Below the pieces are notes generated by a model. The model ran no database searches and was not told the DNA's origin. It saw only the letters and a program-made list of their open reading frames with translations. Below are positions 9,037 through 18,252 of a stretch of 50,965 nucleotides of DNA, piece by piece (the first letter of the stretch is position 1; each line of letters begins with the position of its first letter). The stretch is from a virus. Taxonomy: Duplodnaviria; Caudoviricetes. Location: the IMG/VR virus record IMGVR_UViG_3300027956_000012, positions 1 to 50,965 of that record; one strand, given 5' to 3'. The translations under genes and the position numbers were made by a program.

Positions 9037-9966
9037 TTAAATATTCAAGGCTTTAACGTTCGTAATAGTCTTAACATGCTTGAAGATAGCATTCTGCCCA
9101 CGTCCAAATTTCTTAAGCTTACCAGAATCAATAAGCTCTTTCAGTAGCAAATAAGCTTGCGACGAAGTAACCTTAAGAGTCTTGATGACAACCTCCTTAG
9201 TAAGATGCGGTGGTTCGTTGATAGCCATGATAGCATCAAGCTGCTCCTTCTGACGCGTACTCTTAGACTTAGCCTTAACTACTTCTTTCTTACCGGAGAG
9301 CTCAAAGCCTCGCGAAGTCATCATAGCGCTATAGTTACCGCAAGTACCAAAGCGATTCTTGTAGATATTGATAACACGAGCAGTTTCGTCAACCTCAGGA
9401 TCAAGCTCGATCTGCATATTAACATCAACCGAATGCGGTACAAGAGTAGAACCTTTAAGGATACCATTCTTAGTCAAATGCATAACGAAGAAGATCGCAC
9501 ACTCATTAGCCTTAGCAGCTTGACAGAGAGTCTGAACAGCATAGCGTTCAAGCTCAGCATGATTCATCTTAGTTTCAGACGTAAGAGCTTGAAACGAATC
9601 AACAACGATAATATCGAGGCTTTTCATTTCTGCAGCAAGAGTATCGATATCAGTTTCGTTAGCGATATTAACGTTACGAACATTAAGACGCTTACAGTTA
9701 AAAGCGAGCTGATACTGATTCTCTTCACCAGAAGCATAACCTACGTCATAGCCGTTAGCAGCAAGAGCTTCGCAAAGCTGAAGAAGGAACGTAGTCTTAC
9801 CGCAACCTGCTTGAGCAGTTACAGTAACCGCGCTACCAGGTAGAATACCATTACCGAAGAGTTCATCAAACTCTTTGATACCAGTTAGCATACGGTTATA
9901 AAAAATTGAAGGAATTTCAATTTCAGATACTTTAGTGAATTTTGTTTTTTCGATTCCGAGTTTCAT
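9037..9966 (-). CDS. RadA/Sms-like RecA-fold ATPase with probable C-terminal winged helix
   Basis: Walker A AQAGCGKT, SGEE, Walker B IIVVDS, H-x-TKxG...HSVD, KNRFG; lacks the Zn finger and Lon-like domain. Confidence 0.85.
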   Translation of the reverse strand: MKLGIEKTKFTKVSEIEIPSIFYNRMLTGIKEFDELFGNGILPGSAVTVTAQAGCGKTTFLLQLCEALAANGYDVGYASGEENQYQLAFNCKRLNVRNVNIANETDIDTLAAEMKSLDIIVVDSFQALTSETKMNHAELERYAVQTLCQAAKANECAIFFVMHLTKNGILKGSTLVPHSVDVNMQIELDPEVDETARVINIYKNRFGTCGNYSAMMTSRGFELSGKKEVVKAKSKSTRQKEQLDAIMAINEPPHLTKEVVIKTLKVTSSQAYLLLKELIDSGKLKKFGRGQNAIFKHVKTITNVKALNI

Positions 9967-10232
9967 ATTTTATTTTCTCTACCCCTAATTATACGGTTGT
10001 TCCCTTAGATGATTTCTATTGAAGCAGTATGATGAAAGCTCATACTGTCCCAATCTGATAACGACACGCATGCGTCTTCATAGTTATCGAATAGTTCCTC
10101 ATAGATGAGGCGACTTTGGATGCGATAAATTACAGCGTATCTGCTCATACCTAATTGTATCTATGTTCCCTCAAAGCTTATTAAAATTTCCATCACACTC
10201 TCCATCATCGGTGTATTCGTAGTAGTGTATTT

Positions 10233-10586
10233 TCATTTATCTGGATTCTCCCAAACATAATATGTCCATTGATCACCATGTTCCGCTTTTGCCGCTTTGA
10301 TAGCTTCCTCTTTGCTCTTTGCTTTATATTTTCCAGCAATGGCAGTTCCAGCGCTACAAGTTATGGCTATTGTGTATGCTTCTTTTTTCTTTTTATTGTT
10401 TTTTAAAGCATTTTTTGATGCGATCAAATCGTCTTTGTTCATTAACTTATAGAAGCTAATATACGGACATTTAAGAAACTCTTTGCTTTGACTAAGCAAT
10501 TCTTCCTCATCCATACTTCTATGAGAACCATTTCCTCCCATACGATCTGAAGCAGTTTCTACCAAGTACCAAGTCTTCTTTTTCAT
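10233..10586 (-). CDS. Hypothetical protein
   Basis: 117-aa ORF. Confidence 0.65.
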   Translation of the reverse strand: MKKKTWYLVETASDRMGGNGSHRSMDEEELLSQSKEFLKCPYISFYKLMNKDDLIASKNALKNNKKKKEAYTIAITCSAGTAIAGKYKAKSKEEAIKAAKAEHGDQWTYYVWENPDK

Positions 10587-10651
10587 TGTTAATATATGTT
10601 ATTATTATATAATTCTGCGTATTAGATAAAGTCAAATAATAGACTCAAACG

Positions 10652-10873
10652 TTACTTAGAAGAGTAATACTCTACTAACGTATTAAGTGTTCTAAACTTA
10701 GTAGGAGCTTTATGCCAACCACGAATAAGCTCTCCCTTTTTATTATAGAAGATAGAGATCCTACCAGCGGTAGCGTCTGTAGTATATTGCTCTGTAAGTT
10801 TTGCATTATTGATAACAGTTTCATAACTGCTACCAAGTTTCATCTTATAGTAGGTTTGCCATAGTAGTTTCAT
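10652..10873 (-). CDS. Hypothetical protein
   Basis: ATGA overlap with upstream gene. Confidence 0.65.
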   Translation of the reverse strand: MKLLWQTYYKMKLGSSYETVINNAKLTEQYTTDATAGRISIFYNKKGELIRGWHKAPTKFRTLNTLVEYYSSK

Positions 10874-11325
10874 ATATAATAAATAATACGCTTTAGTTTT
10901 GTTGCTCGTTCAGTTGCTTCTTCTTCCCAAGGTAGGTTACAATATTCGTCAGACTTATGAGACACTAATCGAATCTTTCGTCCTTCATATATAGAATAGA
11001 AGAGTTCCGATCTAAGCTTTAAACGATCTTCAAAGTACTGCTCAATATGAACAAGCTCATGTAGCAATGTATCATAAAATTCATTGAGAGTCTGACGCAC
11101 ATCAATCTCAACGGTATAAAGAGGAATAGACTTTACCTTATACGTCGCCGCAGTACCTAGTACATCACGAATCGGTCGCAAAACAACTTTTACCTGGTCA
11201 GGTAAGTTAATATACTTTCTAACTTTCGATTCGCTTCTTTGAATAATACCTTCAAAGTCTCGCGCCTGACCTAAAAATCCTTTGTAGTTACCATACTTTA
11301 CAGATGGTACGATCTCGATATCCAT
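10870..11325 (-). CDS. Zincin-like HEXXH metallopeptidase-family protein
   Basis: LLHELVH...PWEEEA. Confidence 0.75.
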   Translation of the reverse strand: MDIEIVPSVKYGNYKGFLGQARDFEGIIQRSESKVRKYINLPDQVKVVLRPIRDVLGTAATYKVKSIPLYTVEIDVRQTLNEFYDTLLHELVHIEQYFEDRLKLRSELFYSIYEGRKIRLVSHKSDEYCNLPWEEEATERATKLKRIIYYI

Positions 11326-11347
11326 AACTTATTATAGCAGAGTTCCT

Positions 11348-11590
11348 TTACCAGGCAATCTCTCTCATAATTACATACTGATTATCATCAAGAACCTTGG
11401 TAATTTTATATTTAAGAAACGTTAAATAATGCTCAACGCACGGAGAAATATCTTCATGTGTAATATCAATTTTAAACAGTCCCTCAGTTGCTGCTTTTTG
11501 TATACGTTCGTTTATAGTTTCGATTTGTTTGAGAGCTGTCTTTGACTTGATATTATCAGCTAGCTCTCTTGCGATTTTAGCTTCTATCAT
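11348..11590 (-). CDS. Hypothetical protein
   Basis: Sigma70-like TTGATA...TATAAT promoter upstream. Confidence 0.7.
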   Translation of the reverse strand: MIEAKIARELADNIKSKTALKQIETINERIQKAATEGLFKIDITHEDISPCVEHYLTFLKYKITKVLDDNQYVIMREIAW

Positions 11591-11625
11591 AACTTAATTA
11601 TACGATAGGTTTTAGCAATATCAAC

Positions 11626-11661
11626 AAAAAAAACCTCACTAGATAATCTAGTGAGGTTTTT
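11626..11661. terminator. Bidirectional intrinsic terminator closing the AAA-vWA operon
   Basis: AAAAACCTCACTAGAT-A-ATCTAGTGAGGTTTTT. Confidence 0.9.
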
Positions 11662-11676
11662 GAATAGTAATTAATA

Positions 11677-12096
11677 TTAGTTAAAGGCGCCAAGATCACC
11701 GAAATCAGACTTACCTGTAATTTCTTTTTCTTGTCCACGATATGATATTTCAGCACCTGCAGCTCTATATTTTTTAGCCTCAGCTGGATCGCTCATATCA
11801 ATTCTTTCACCGTTAAGGAAGAAAAACTCATCACCTTCTCCACCTTCACCGAAGATAACAGCAGGACCATCTGCATTATGCAGCACATCATTTTCATTTT
11901 CTGACGCTGGTCTCTTAGTAAAGAAACGTACAAGTACCTTACCACCTTTATCAATGTATTTATTTTCGCGTAAATTCTCCGGACCGTAGCTATAAAGATC
12001 ACCACCACTTGATTGTGCTGCACTCATATCACCGGCTGCTTCTGTAAGCATACGTTGGAAAATATCACCCATGCTGTTAATATCACTTTTCTTCAT
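11677..12096 (-). CDS. Late protein with a single HxxDGPA repeat
   Basis: LHNADGPAV...FFLNG; AATAAATA upstream. Confidence 0.8.
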   Translation of the reverse strand: MKKSDINSMGDIFQRMLTEAAGDMSAAQSSGGDLYSYGPENLRENKYIDKGGKVLVRFFTKRPASENENDVLHNADGPAVIFGEGGEGDEFFFLNGERIDMSDPAEAKKYRAAGAEISYRGQEKEITGKSDFGDLGAFN

Positions 12097-12149
12097 ATAT
12101 TTATTTATTGTTTGAGAATGTTATTTCTACCTTATTTTAAACAAGTTCC

Positions 12150-13235
12150 TTACTTATAATCTGTTCTGAGAAATAATAGCTTTTTATTACGTGGTTTAAG
12201 CTTATTCATATCTGCTATAAAATTACCTACAAGCGCTGGTTGGTAGCCATTAATAACAACAAACTGAAAAGCATCAGGTAATTGAGTTTTTAAATTTTCT
12301 ACCTGACCATCGGTAAACCAAACATTTCCAACATAATCACCATTGTTGTATTTAGAATTTATAAACTGCACAACAGGATCCATAGATGTACCACCGGAAC
12401 TAAAATTTTGATTTGTCCACTGTTTTAATTTATTAAAGTCTTTTGCGCCAAAATCAGGAGAATCAGCATAAGGACCATCTGTCCATAGAATAACTTTCAC
12501 GGCAAATGTTTTACTCTGCGAAAAGGCATTATATATTTTTTTAAGTTCGCTTAGAAATCCATTCATAATACTATCACTAATAGAACCAGATGTATCAATA
12601 GCAACAATGATCTTACCGACATCCTTAACAACACCTCTTCCAGGTAGCATTATAGGCTCTACACCACCAAATCTTTGCCCGAATGTTGATTTTTTAATTT
12701 TAGAAAATGTCGCTCTACCTGGTCTTGTCTCTGATATAAGGTTTTTAAGAATTCTAGCCCAATCTGTTTTAGTGGGAAAGTCAGCTGGCACACCGATACG
12801 CTTACCACCTTTCCCTTGACCTCTAGATTTACTTGCTTCTTTAATTGCTGCCTCTTGATCTTTGTTAGCTTGCTCAATAGCTTGCCTCATAGCCTCACGT
12901 GTCATAACAGGCTTATCACCCTTACCGCCTGGTGTACCATCAGATCCAGGTAATACTTCCGCATCACCAAACATCTCTTCAAAAGTTGTATCATCTGGTA
13001 TAATATCAATAATAGGCGCAGCACTACCTTGCGTACTTACTGTCGGTATAGAACCAGGTTTAGGTTCGTTTCCTTGCTTACTATCACCATCTTTACTATC
13101 ACCATCATTACCTTCATCTGCATCATCAGGTAATACCTTGTATTTATCGGAAGCTTGACCTTGTCCTTGACCTTGACCAGGCTTACCTACCTTAACTTTT
13201 TGTAAGTCACTTATATTAGTTTTAAATGCTTTCAT
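12150..13235 (-). CDS. vWA-domain protein (DUF2201 C-terminal-like)
   Basis: MIDAS DTSGS, GGT, FTDG; low-complexity G/Q/D N-terminal half. Confidence 0.85.
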   Translation of the reverse strand: MKAFKTNISDLQKVKVGKPGQGQGQGQASDKYKVLPDDADEGNDGDSKDGDSKQGNEPKPGSIPTVSTQGSAAPIIDIIPDDTTFEEMFGDAEVLPGSDGTPGGKGDKPVMTREAMRQAIEQANKDQEAAIKEASKSRGQGKGGKRIGVPADFPTKTDWARILKNLISETRPGRATFSKIKKSTFGQRFGGVEPIMLPGRGVVKDVGKIIVAIDTSGSISDSIMNGFLSELKKIYNAFSQSKTFAVKVILWTDGPYADSPDFGAKDFNKLKQWTNQNFSSGGTSMDPVVQFINSKYNNGDYVGNVWFTDGQVENLKTQLPDAFQFVVINGYQPALVGNFIADMNKLKPRNKKLLFLRTDYK

Positions 13236-13238
13236 TGC

Positions 13239-14126
13239 TTAACCTTTTTCTTTTGATTTTTGCTTAGCTTCTTTTTCAGATAACTCTACAATCTTAGCAT
13301 TACCATTACTATCAATAGTAACAACTTCACCATACCTATTTGATTTTTTATCGTATATAATATCACCGACAGCAATAGGCTCATCAGGTTGATCACCTTC
13401 ACCTTCGCCTTGGTCTTCACCTTCGTTTGGTGGTAGTAGAGATATTAATTCTCTATAGATGCGTTCTGGTGACTTACCACGACAAGGTAATAGCGTACCA
13501 TTGAATTCAAATGTACCATCAGGATTAGTGATTATACCGTTTTTAATCATATAGTATCCCCACTTATAAATTAACTCATCATTAATTTCAATATCTGTTG
13601 CGATATTCCACAACGAAATTTTTTGGTTCCACATATTAACTAACTGTCTTTTATTATGTCCACGTGCTACGTGATCTTTAAAGATATGCAGAAGCTCGTG
13701 AGCTATAATACCTAAGAATAGCTTACTACCCATAGGTAATGTATTAAAGTCATCAAGTGTAGGGTCTTTTGCATTCTCTTCCTCTACACCAGGGTCCCAG
13801 ACAGCCTCTTCTAACCCTGAAACCATACGTCTTGTAAACTCAGGATTAATATATAAGTTGTGATCCTTATCAACAGCCATCGTTCTAAAAGTTTGATTAT
13901 TTGGATCAACGACTTTAATATTAATCTTATCAATCAAATAACCAAAGTACTGGTTACGTTTTTTTAATTCAAACCGTAACCCAGCTAGAAACTTTCTAAC
14001 TCTTTCTTCAGACCATTCTTCTGTTGACTTATCAACACCTTCAATAAATCTTAATGATGACTTACAGTTAGTATCATTAGGATACTCTTTTAAAAGCTCT
14101 CTAAATTGCTCATTAAAACATCTCAT
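13239..14126 (-). CDS. HEXXH metallopeptidase (DUF2201 N-terminal-like)
   Basis: TMAVD...LYINPEF...AHELLH...WNIATDIEIN. Confidence 0.85.
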   Translation of the reverse strand: MRCFNEQFRELLKEYPNDTNCKSSLRFIEGVDKSTEEWSEERVRKFLAGLRFELKKRNQYFGYLIDKINIKVVDPNNQTFRTMAVDKDHNLYINPEFTRRMVSGLEEAVWDPGVEEENAKDPTLDDFNTLPMGSKLFLGIIAHELLHIFKDHVARGHNKRQLVNMWNQKISLWNIATDIEINDELIYKWGYYMIKNGIITNPDGTFEFNGTLLPCRGKSPERIYRELISLLPPNEGEDQGEGEGDQPDEPIAVGDIIYDKKSNRYGEVVTIDSNGNAKIVELSEKEAKQKSKEKG

Positions 14127-15829
14127 ACGTAATTTGGTAGTGTACCGCTTTTCAATTGAGAATTAAACTTATTAAGTATGTCGTTAATTTTTTTAGCTGC
14201 TTCAGGACTCATAGCTGGTACAGCAATATCTTCTGCTTCTTCTTCATCTTCACCTGCAAAGGCTCGAGCGTTACCAGTAACATCAGTTATAATCTCATTA
14301 ATCATATTAATAACCCATGTAACACCTTCTGTATTATCAGCTGATTTAAGAGTACTAACTATATGACTTCTAAACAGCTTAAGATCATCCATCATCGCTT
14401 TATTAGCGATAGCAGAAAAGAGAATAGATGCTGTATTAGGTTCAACAGTATATATTGAATTTATAACGAATAAGTACGCGAGACCTGTATCAACAAGATC
14501 TGCTTTTGCTTCTTCTGTTTTAGCAGCTGTAAAGCTATCATCAAACTTTTTAACAAAATTACGAAGGTTACTTTTGAAAACCGATAAGTTTTGCGTTACT
14601 TGACTTTCGTTAACTCCAGGACCTTTAACAAGCATTTCAGGTTTACTGAGAATCTCAGCGACATCAATAAGCGAGTTAGCTATAACAAATTGCTTAAAGT
14701 CTTCACCAAATTGCTTACCACAAATAGAACTAACGCTTGCTTGAAGCTCAAACCACTGATCTTTAGTAATATTATTAAAACTATCTTTTGATCCGATAAC
14801 TCTATAAATTGCACCAGAGGTTGCAACTAAGTTACGTGGGTTAGGTCTTTTTGTTGGATCACCTTCTTGTGCCGGTCTATCGTAAAAGTTAACATCTGGA
14901 TCATCAGAGATGAAATCCATTAATATAGGATGTATTATAGGATTATCTGTACCAGGCATTTTTGATTTTTCAGCCCATTTAGCCCAACCTTCGAAATCAA
15001 GTTTGAGCAAATAAGGTGCTAATCTCTCTTTAAGAGCAGGTACTAGATCAATAATGCTATAACCTTCACCCCAGTTACCAGCACAATGTATTCTCCAATC
15101 ACCTTGAATAGTATATTTACGTGCGATTGTTCTCTCATCAAAGTTTGTAATATCAAACAGTGTGTTTTGTACATCTTGATTTGCTTGGTTTAATTCGTCA
15201 AAGAATAAAAATCCAGCAGAGTCTGGTGACATTGTCATAATCGCAACCCACGGTACAGGAAGCTCTGTTAAATAACCTTTCTTTTCTGGTGATGTTGGAT
15301 CAGGAATACCTGATAGTAGAGTGGGATCTATCGTACTAGCAGCTACGTTAATGTAAACAAAGTGTGTTTTAAGTGCTTTCTCAAGCTTATCGATAGTAGG
15401 ATTTGCTTTGAGAAGATCTGTCATTTCAATAAATGTTCTACCTAACGCAGCCGCTCTCGCTTTACCTCTTTGTGAGAAAATAGCTGACTTACCAATACCA
15501 GCTTCACCGTAAATAATAGCAGAATATCCTAAATTTCTCGATGACGGTAATTCATCTAATACATTAAGTGCAAGGTTAAGTCCATTGTAGTCCATCTCAA
15601 CAAGACCTTCATTAGTATAATTAACATCTGAATTACTACCAGCTTTTGCAATAATATCTGATAGTTGTTTATACATACTCCTATCAGACTTACTCGTCAC
15701 AGGTTTAATAAAAGACGGTCTTTCTGGCATTTTTGGTGCCGCGTAAGGAGACTTTGTAGAAGCCTTTGTGGGTGTGGTTGCTGGAGCTTTTTTAGCTTCT
15801 GAAAGAAATTGAAGATAATGATCTGTCAT
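14123..15829 (-). CDS. MoxR-type AAA+ ATPase
   Basis: Walker A GEAGIGKS, Walker B LFFDE, AGN, PALKER, PNPR; ATAAATA upstream. Confidence 0.85.
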   Translation of the reverse strand: MTDHYLQFLSEAKKAPATTPTKASTKSPYAAPKMPERPSFIKPVTSKSDRSMYKQLSDIIAKAGSNSDVNYTNEGLVEMDYNGLNLALNVLDELPSSRNLGYSAIIYGEAGIGKSAIFSQRGKARAAALGRTFIEMTDLLKANPTIDKLEKALKTHFVYINVAASTIDPTLLSGIPDPTSPEKKGYLTELPVPWVAIMTMSPDSAGFLFFDELNQANQDVQNTLFDITNFDERTIARKYTIQGDWRIHCAGNWGEGYSIIDLVPALKERLAPYLLKLDFEGWAKWAEKSKMPGTDNPIIHPILMDFISDDPDVNFYDRPAQEGDPTKRPNPRNLVATSGAIYRVIGSKDSFNNITKDQWFELQASVSSICGKQFGEDFKQFVIANSLIDVAEILSKPEMLVKGPGVNESQVTQNLSVFKSNLRNFVKKFDDSFTAAKTEEAKADLVDTGLAYLFVINSIYTVEPNTASILFSAIANKAMMDDLKLFRSHIVSTLKSADNTEGVTWVINMINEIITDVTGNARAFAGEDEEEAEDIAVPAMSPEAAKKINDILNKFNSQLKSGTLPNYV

Positions 15830-16039
15830 GTGTATATTTATGCTTCTAAAGCATGTACTCTAGTTAATTTTACAATTCTCTCTACGTTAGGATTGTTATC
15901 GTAAAATATATCTCTCACATCAGTTCTATCTAGACCCTTACATCGTGTAAATTGAGTTTCTTCAAATTGTGGGTCAATAAATTCAACAATATATTCTTGC
16001 ATATATATAGTATAATAGTGTTCTGTTACTTTTGTAAAA

Positions 16040-16107
16040 TGGTGGACGTTGGGGAATCGAACCCCGTCCGCGACTCGTTAGAGTCACGTCGAACCCTAAG
16101 GACGCCC
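16040..16107 (-). ncRNA. 68-nt tmRNA tRNA-like-domain-only RNA
   Basis: GGGCGTC...GGTTCGAC, hairpin GTGACTC/GAGTCGC, GGAC, T-arm GGGG-TTCGATT-CCCC, ACGTCC-ACCA; G3-U70 pair. Confidence 0.75.
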
Positions 16108-16108
16108 T

Positions 16109-16624
16109 TTAAATCATTTCCTTGATCTGATCTAGACTCAGAAACATTGATCCATATTTAGGATAGACAACATCGACGCAGGCGTTGATATATCGAGGAT
16201 CTTCTTCTTTCCAGAAGATATTCTTTCTTCGCATGACCGTCTTAGAATGCACGTGCCCGTGAATGTTGCATTTACGGCCACGCATTTCATCTGGATGAAT
16301 TGGGCAGTGTGTCAACCACATTCCTTTGTATTTAAGCATACCATGAATCTCTTGAAAAACAGTTGCTTGATCCGCTGTTGACACCATATCATCATGGTTA
16401 CCTTTAATAAGGATTTTGCGTCCAGGTAGAGTGCTAATAAGCTTAAGCGAATCGTTATCAAAAGCGACATCACCGAGCATGTAGATCACATCATTTTTTC
16501 TGATGGTCTTACTCCAATCATCGACAAATAGTTCGGTGTTGTGTTGTGTAGAATCCACAAAATCTCGAAACTTTGCAATGTTTCTATGACCGAGGTGTGG
16601 GTCAGATATAAAAAAAACGCTCAT
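16109..16624 (-). CDS. Calcineurin-like metallophosphoesterase
   Basis: SDPHLGH, LGD, GNHD, HGHVH. Confidence 0.9.
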   Translation of the reverse strand: MSVFFISDPHLGHRNIAKFRDFVDSTQHNTELFVDDWSKTIRKNDVIYMLGDVAFDNDSLKLISTLPGRKILIKGNHDDMVSTADQATVFQEIHGMLKYKGMWLTHCPIHPDEMRGRKCNIHGHVHSKTVMRRKNIFWKEEDPRYINACVDVVYPKYGSMFLSLDQIKEMI

Positions 16625-16635
16625 ATACAATTATA

Positions 16636-17235
16636 TTATAGTTCCTTTGCTATGTAAGAGCTTTCGTCATTAAGATAAAGTTCTATGGATGGTAGCGCTA
16701 AGTCAATATGATCAAACCGATGACTTCCACCTAGATAAGATACTGACGAGGAGGAAACAATACCTTTTAAATGATCGCTTGTATCTTGAGAATCTATAAG
16801 TTCATCATCCAGATCCAATAAAAGCATAGGTTTACAAACATAATCCAGTTCTTTAATATCCAATCCTTCATATGAATCAATCATAGGTTGGGTTACATGG
16901 TTAATTTCACCTGTAACAAAATTAGTCATAGGTATATCTTTAACAAAGATAGCATTACTTTGTATAAAAGATCCACGAACTACAGGATTAATAAGAACAC
17001 ACGGTACACCAAGCTTTGATGCACAATTTGCAGCGTAAAAACCACCGAGGGACGTTCCAACATACACCAAGTTTTCAAGGTGCTCTGTTTCTGTTAATAT
17101 ATAACGTAATATATTATCGTATGCGTCAAAGGAATTATACGATAATGGATATATCTTATCCAATTTGGATAAAGCTGCAATCTTATCGGAGTCGGGATTG
17201 TATGCGCTATTAAAGCCGTGTAGATAGACAATCAT
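16636..17235 (-). CDS. YqiA/YcfP-family alpha/beta hydrolase
   Basis: YLHGFNS, GTSLGG, INP, DELID, GGSHRF. Confidence 0.9.
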   Translation of the reverse strand: MIVYLHGFNSAYNPDSDKIAALSKLDKIYPLSYNSFDAYDNILRYILTETEHLENLVYVGTSLGGFYAANCASKLGVPCVLINPVVRGSFIQSNAIFVKDIPMTNFVTGEINHVTQPMIDSYEGLDIKELDYVCKPMLLLDLDDELIDSQDTSDHLKGIVSSSSVSYLGGSHRFDHIDLALPSIELYLNDESSYIAKEL

Positions 17236-17301
17236 GTTTTGAGAGTGAACCTCGTAACGTGAGGTAGACGTTTGGTGTAGATTACTTCACGGTAATAGAC
17301 C

Positions 17302-17433
17302 TTATTTCTTAGGTTTTTTAACGCGAGGAGCCTTTGGTGTCTTTACTGTACGTGAAACAGTAACTGTCTTACGAATAGTTGTTGAACCGACCTTAATTGT
17401 CTTTTTGCGTGTGCTAGTTGTTGTTTTTGCCAT
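17302..17433 (-). CDS. 43-aa very basic K/T/R-rich protein (not in the ORF track)
   Basis: MAKTTTSTRKKTIKVGSTTIRKTVTVSRTVKTPKAPRVKKPKK; downstream of a GGAAC promoter. Confidence 0.65.
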   Translation of the reverse strand: MAKTTTSTRKKTIKVGSTTIRKTVTVSRTVKTPKAPRVKKPKK

Positions 17434-17511
17434 ATAGTTTAGTTTATACTATTGTTTATGGAATGCAACGTGGCATGTCTAATTATATGATAGTTCCTAG
17501 CTATATCAATC

Positions 17512-17694
17512 TTAAAATTCATACTCACTTAGTTTATCGCTCACAGAAACTTGAACAGAATCCCAAACAGAATTCTCAACAGAACTCCGAATAGAATCCC
17601 TAATAGAATCCCAAACAGAATCGTAAACAGAACTCCCAACAGAATACCTAACAGAATTATCAACAGCTTTTGTTACATTAAAATTCATACTCAT
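17512..17694 (-). CDS. SVxx tetrapeptide-repeat miniprotein 4
   Basis: MSMNF...(SVxx)n...KLSEYEF; start corrected from paralogy. Confidence 0.75.
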   Translation of the reverse strand: MSMNFNVTKAVDNSVRYSVGSSVYDSVWDSIRDSIRSSVENSVWDSVQVSVSDKLSEYEF

Positions 17695-17872
17695 TGCATT
17701 TAGCTTGTACAGAAACCCTAACAGAATTCCTAACAGAATCCCTAACAGAACGCTCAACAGAATTCCCAACAGAACCCCTAACAGACCTCAGAACAGAAAC
17801 CCTAACAGAACGCTCAACAGAATTCCAAACAGAACCCTTAATTGCTTTTGTTATATTAGAATTCATACTCAT
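17678..17872 (-). CDS. SVxx tetrapeptide-repeat miniprotein 3
   Basis: Same architecture; overlaps its neighbours. Confidence 0.75.
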   Translation of the reverse strand: MSMNSNITKAIKGSVWNSVERSVRVSVLRSVRGSVGNSVERSVRDSVRNSVRVSVQAKCNEYEF

Positions 17873-18050
17873 CTAGTTTAGCTTGTACAGAAACCCTAAC
17901 AGAACGCTCAACAGAATTCCAAACAGAAACATAAACAGAAGCCCAAACAGAAACCCTAACAGAATCCCAAACAGAATCCCAGACAGAATCCTCAACAGAC
18001 CTCCCAACAGAATCCTCAATTACTTTACTTACCTCAAAATTCATACTCAC
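17856..18050 (-). CDS. SVxx tetrapeptide-repeat miniprotein 2
   Basis: Same architecture; ATG start possibly at 18044. Confidence 0.75.
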   Translation of the reverse strand: MSMNFEVSKVIEDSVGRSVEDSVWDSVWDSVRVSVWASVYVSVWNSVERSVRVSVQAKLDEYEF

Positions 18051-18234
18051 TTAGTTTATCGCTCACAGAAACTTGAACAGAATTCCTAACAGAAATCCAC
18101 ACGGAATCCTCAACAGAATTCCCAACAGAACGCTCAACAGAATACTCAACAGAATCCCGAACAGAATCCCCAACAGAACCCCAAACAGAATCCCGAACAG
18201 AATCCTCAATTACTTTTGTTACATCAAAATTCAT
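18034..18234 (-). CDS. SVxx tetrapeptide-repeat miniprotein 1
   Basis: MNFDV...(SVxx)n...KLSEYEF. Confidence 0.75.
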   Translation of the reverse strand: MNFDVTKVIEDSVRDSVWGSVGDSVRDSVEYSVERSVGNSVEDSVWISVRNSVQVSVSDKLSEYEF

Positions 18235-18252
18235 ACATTGGGATTTAATCCG

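Larger units (their letters stand above)
17512..18234. repeat. Nested repeat: 12-bp unit (TCTGTTNNNNNT on minus strand) inside four gene-sized units (spacing 178, 178, 166 bp)
   Basis: Stop codons at 18034, 17856, 17678, 17512. Confidence 0.9.

Noticed and set aside
17512-18234. CRISPR-like array
   Set aside because: The 12-bp units have no unique spacers, keep a coding frame, and there are no cas genes apart from a generic exonuclease
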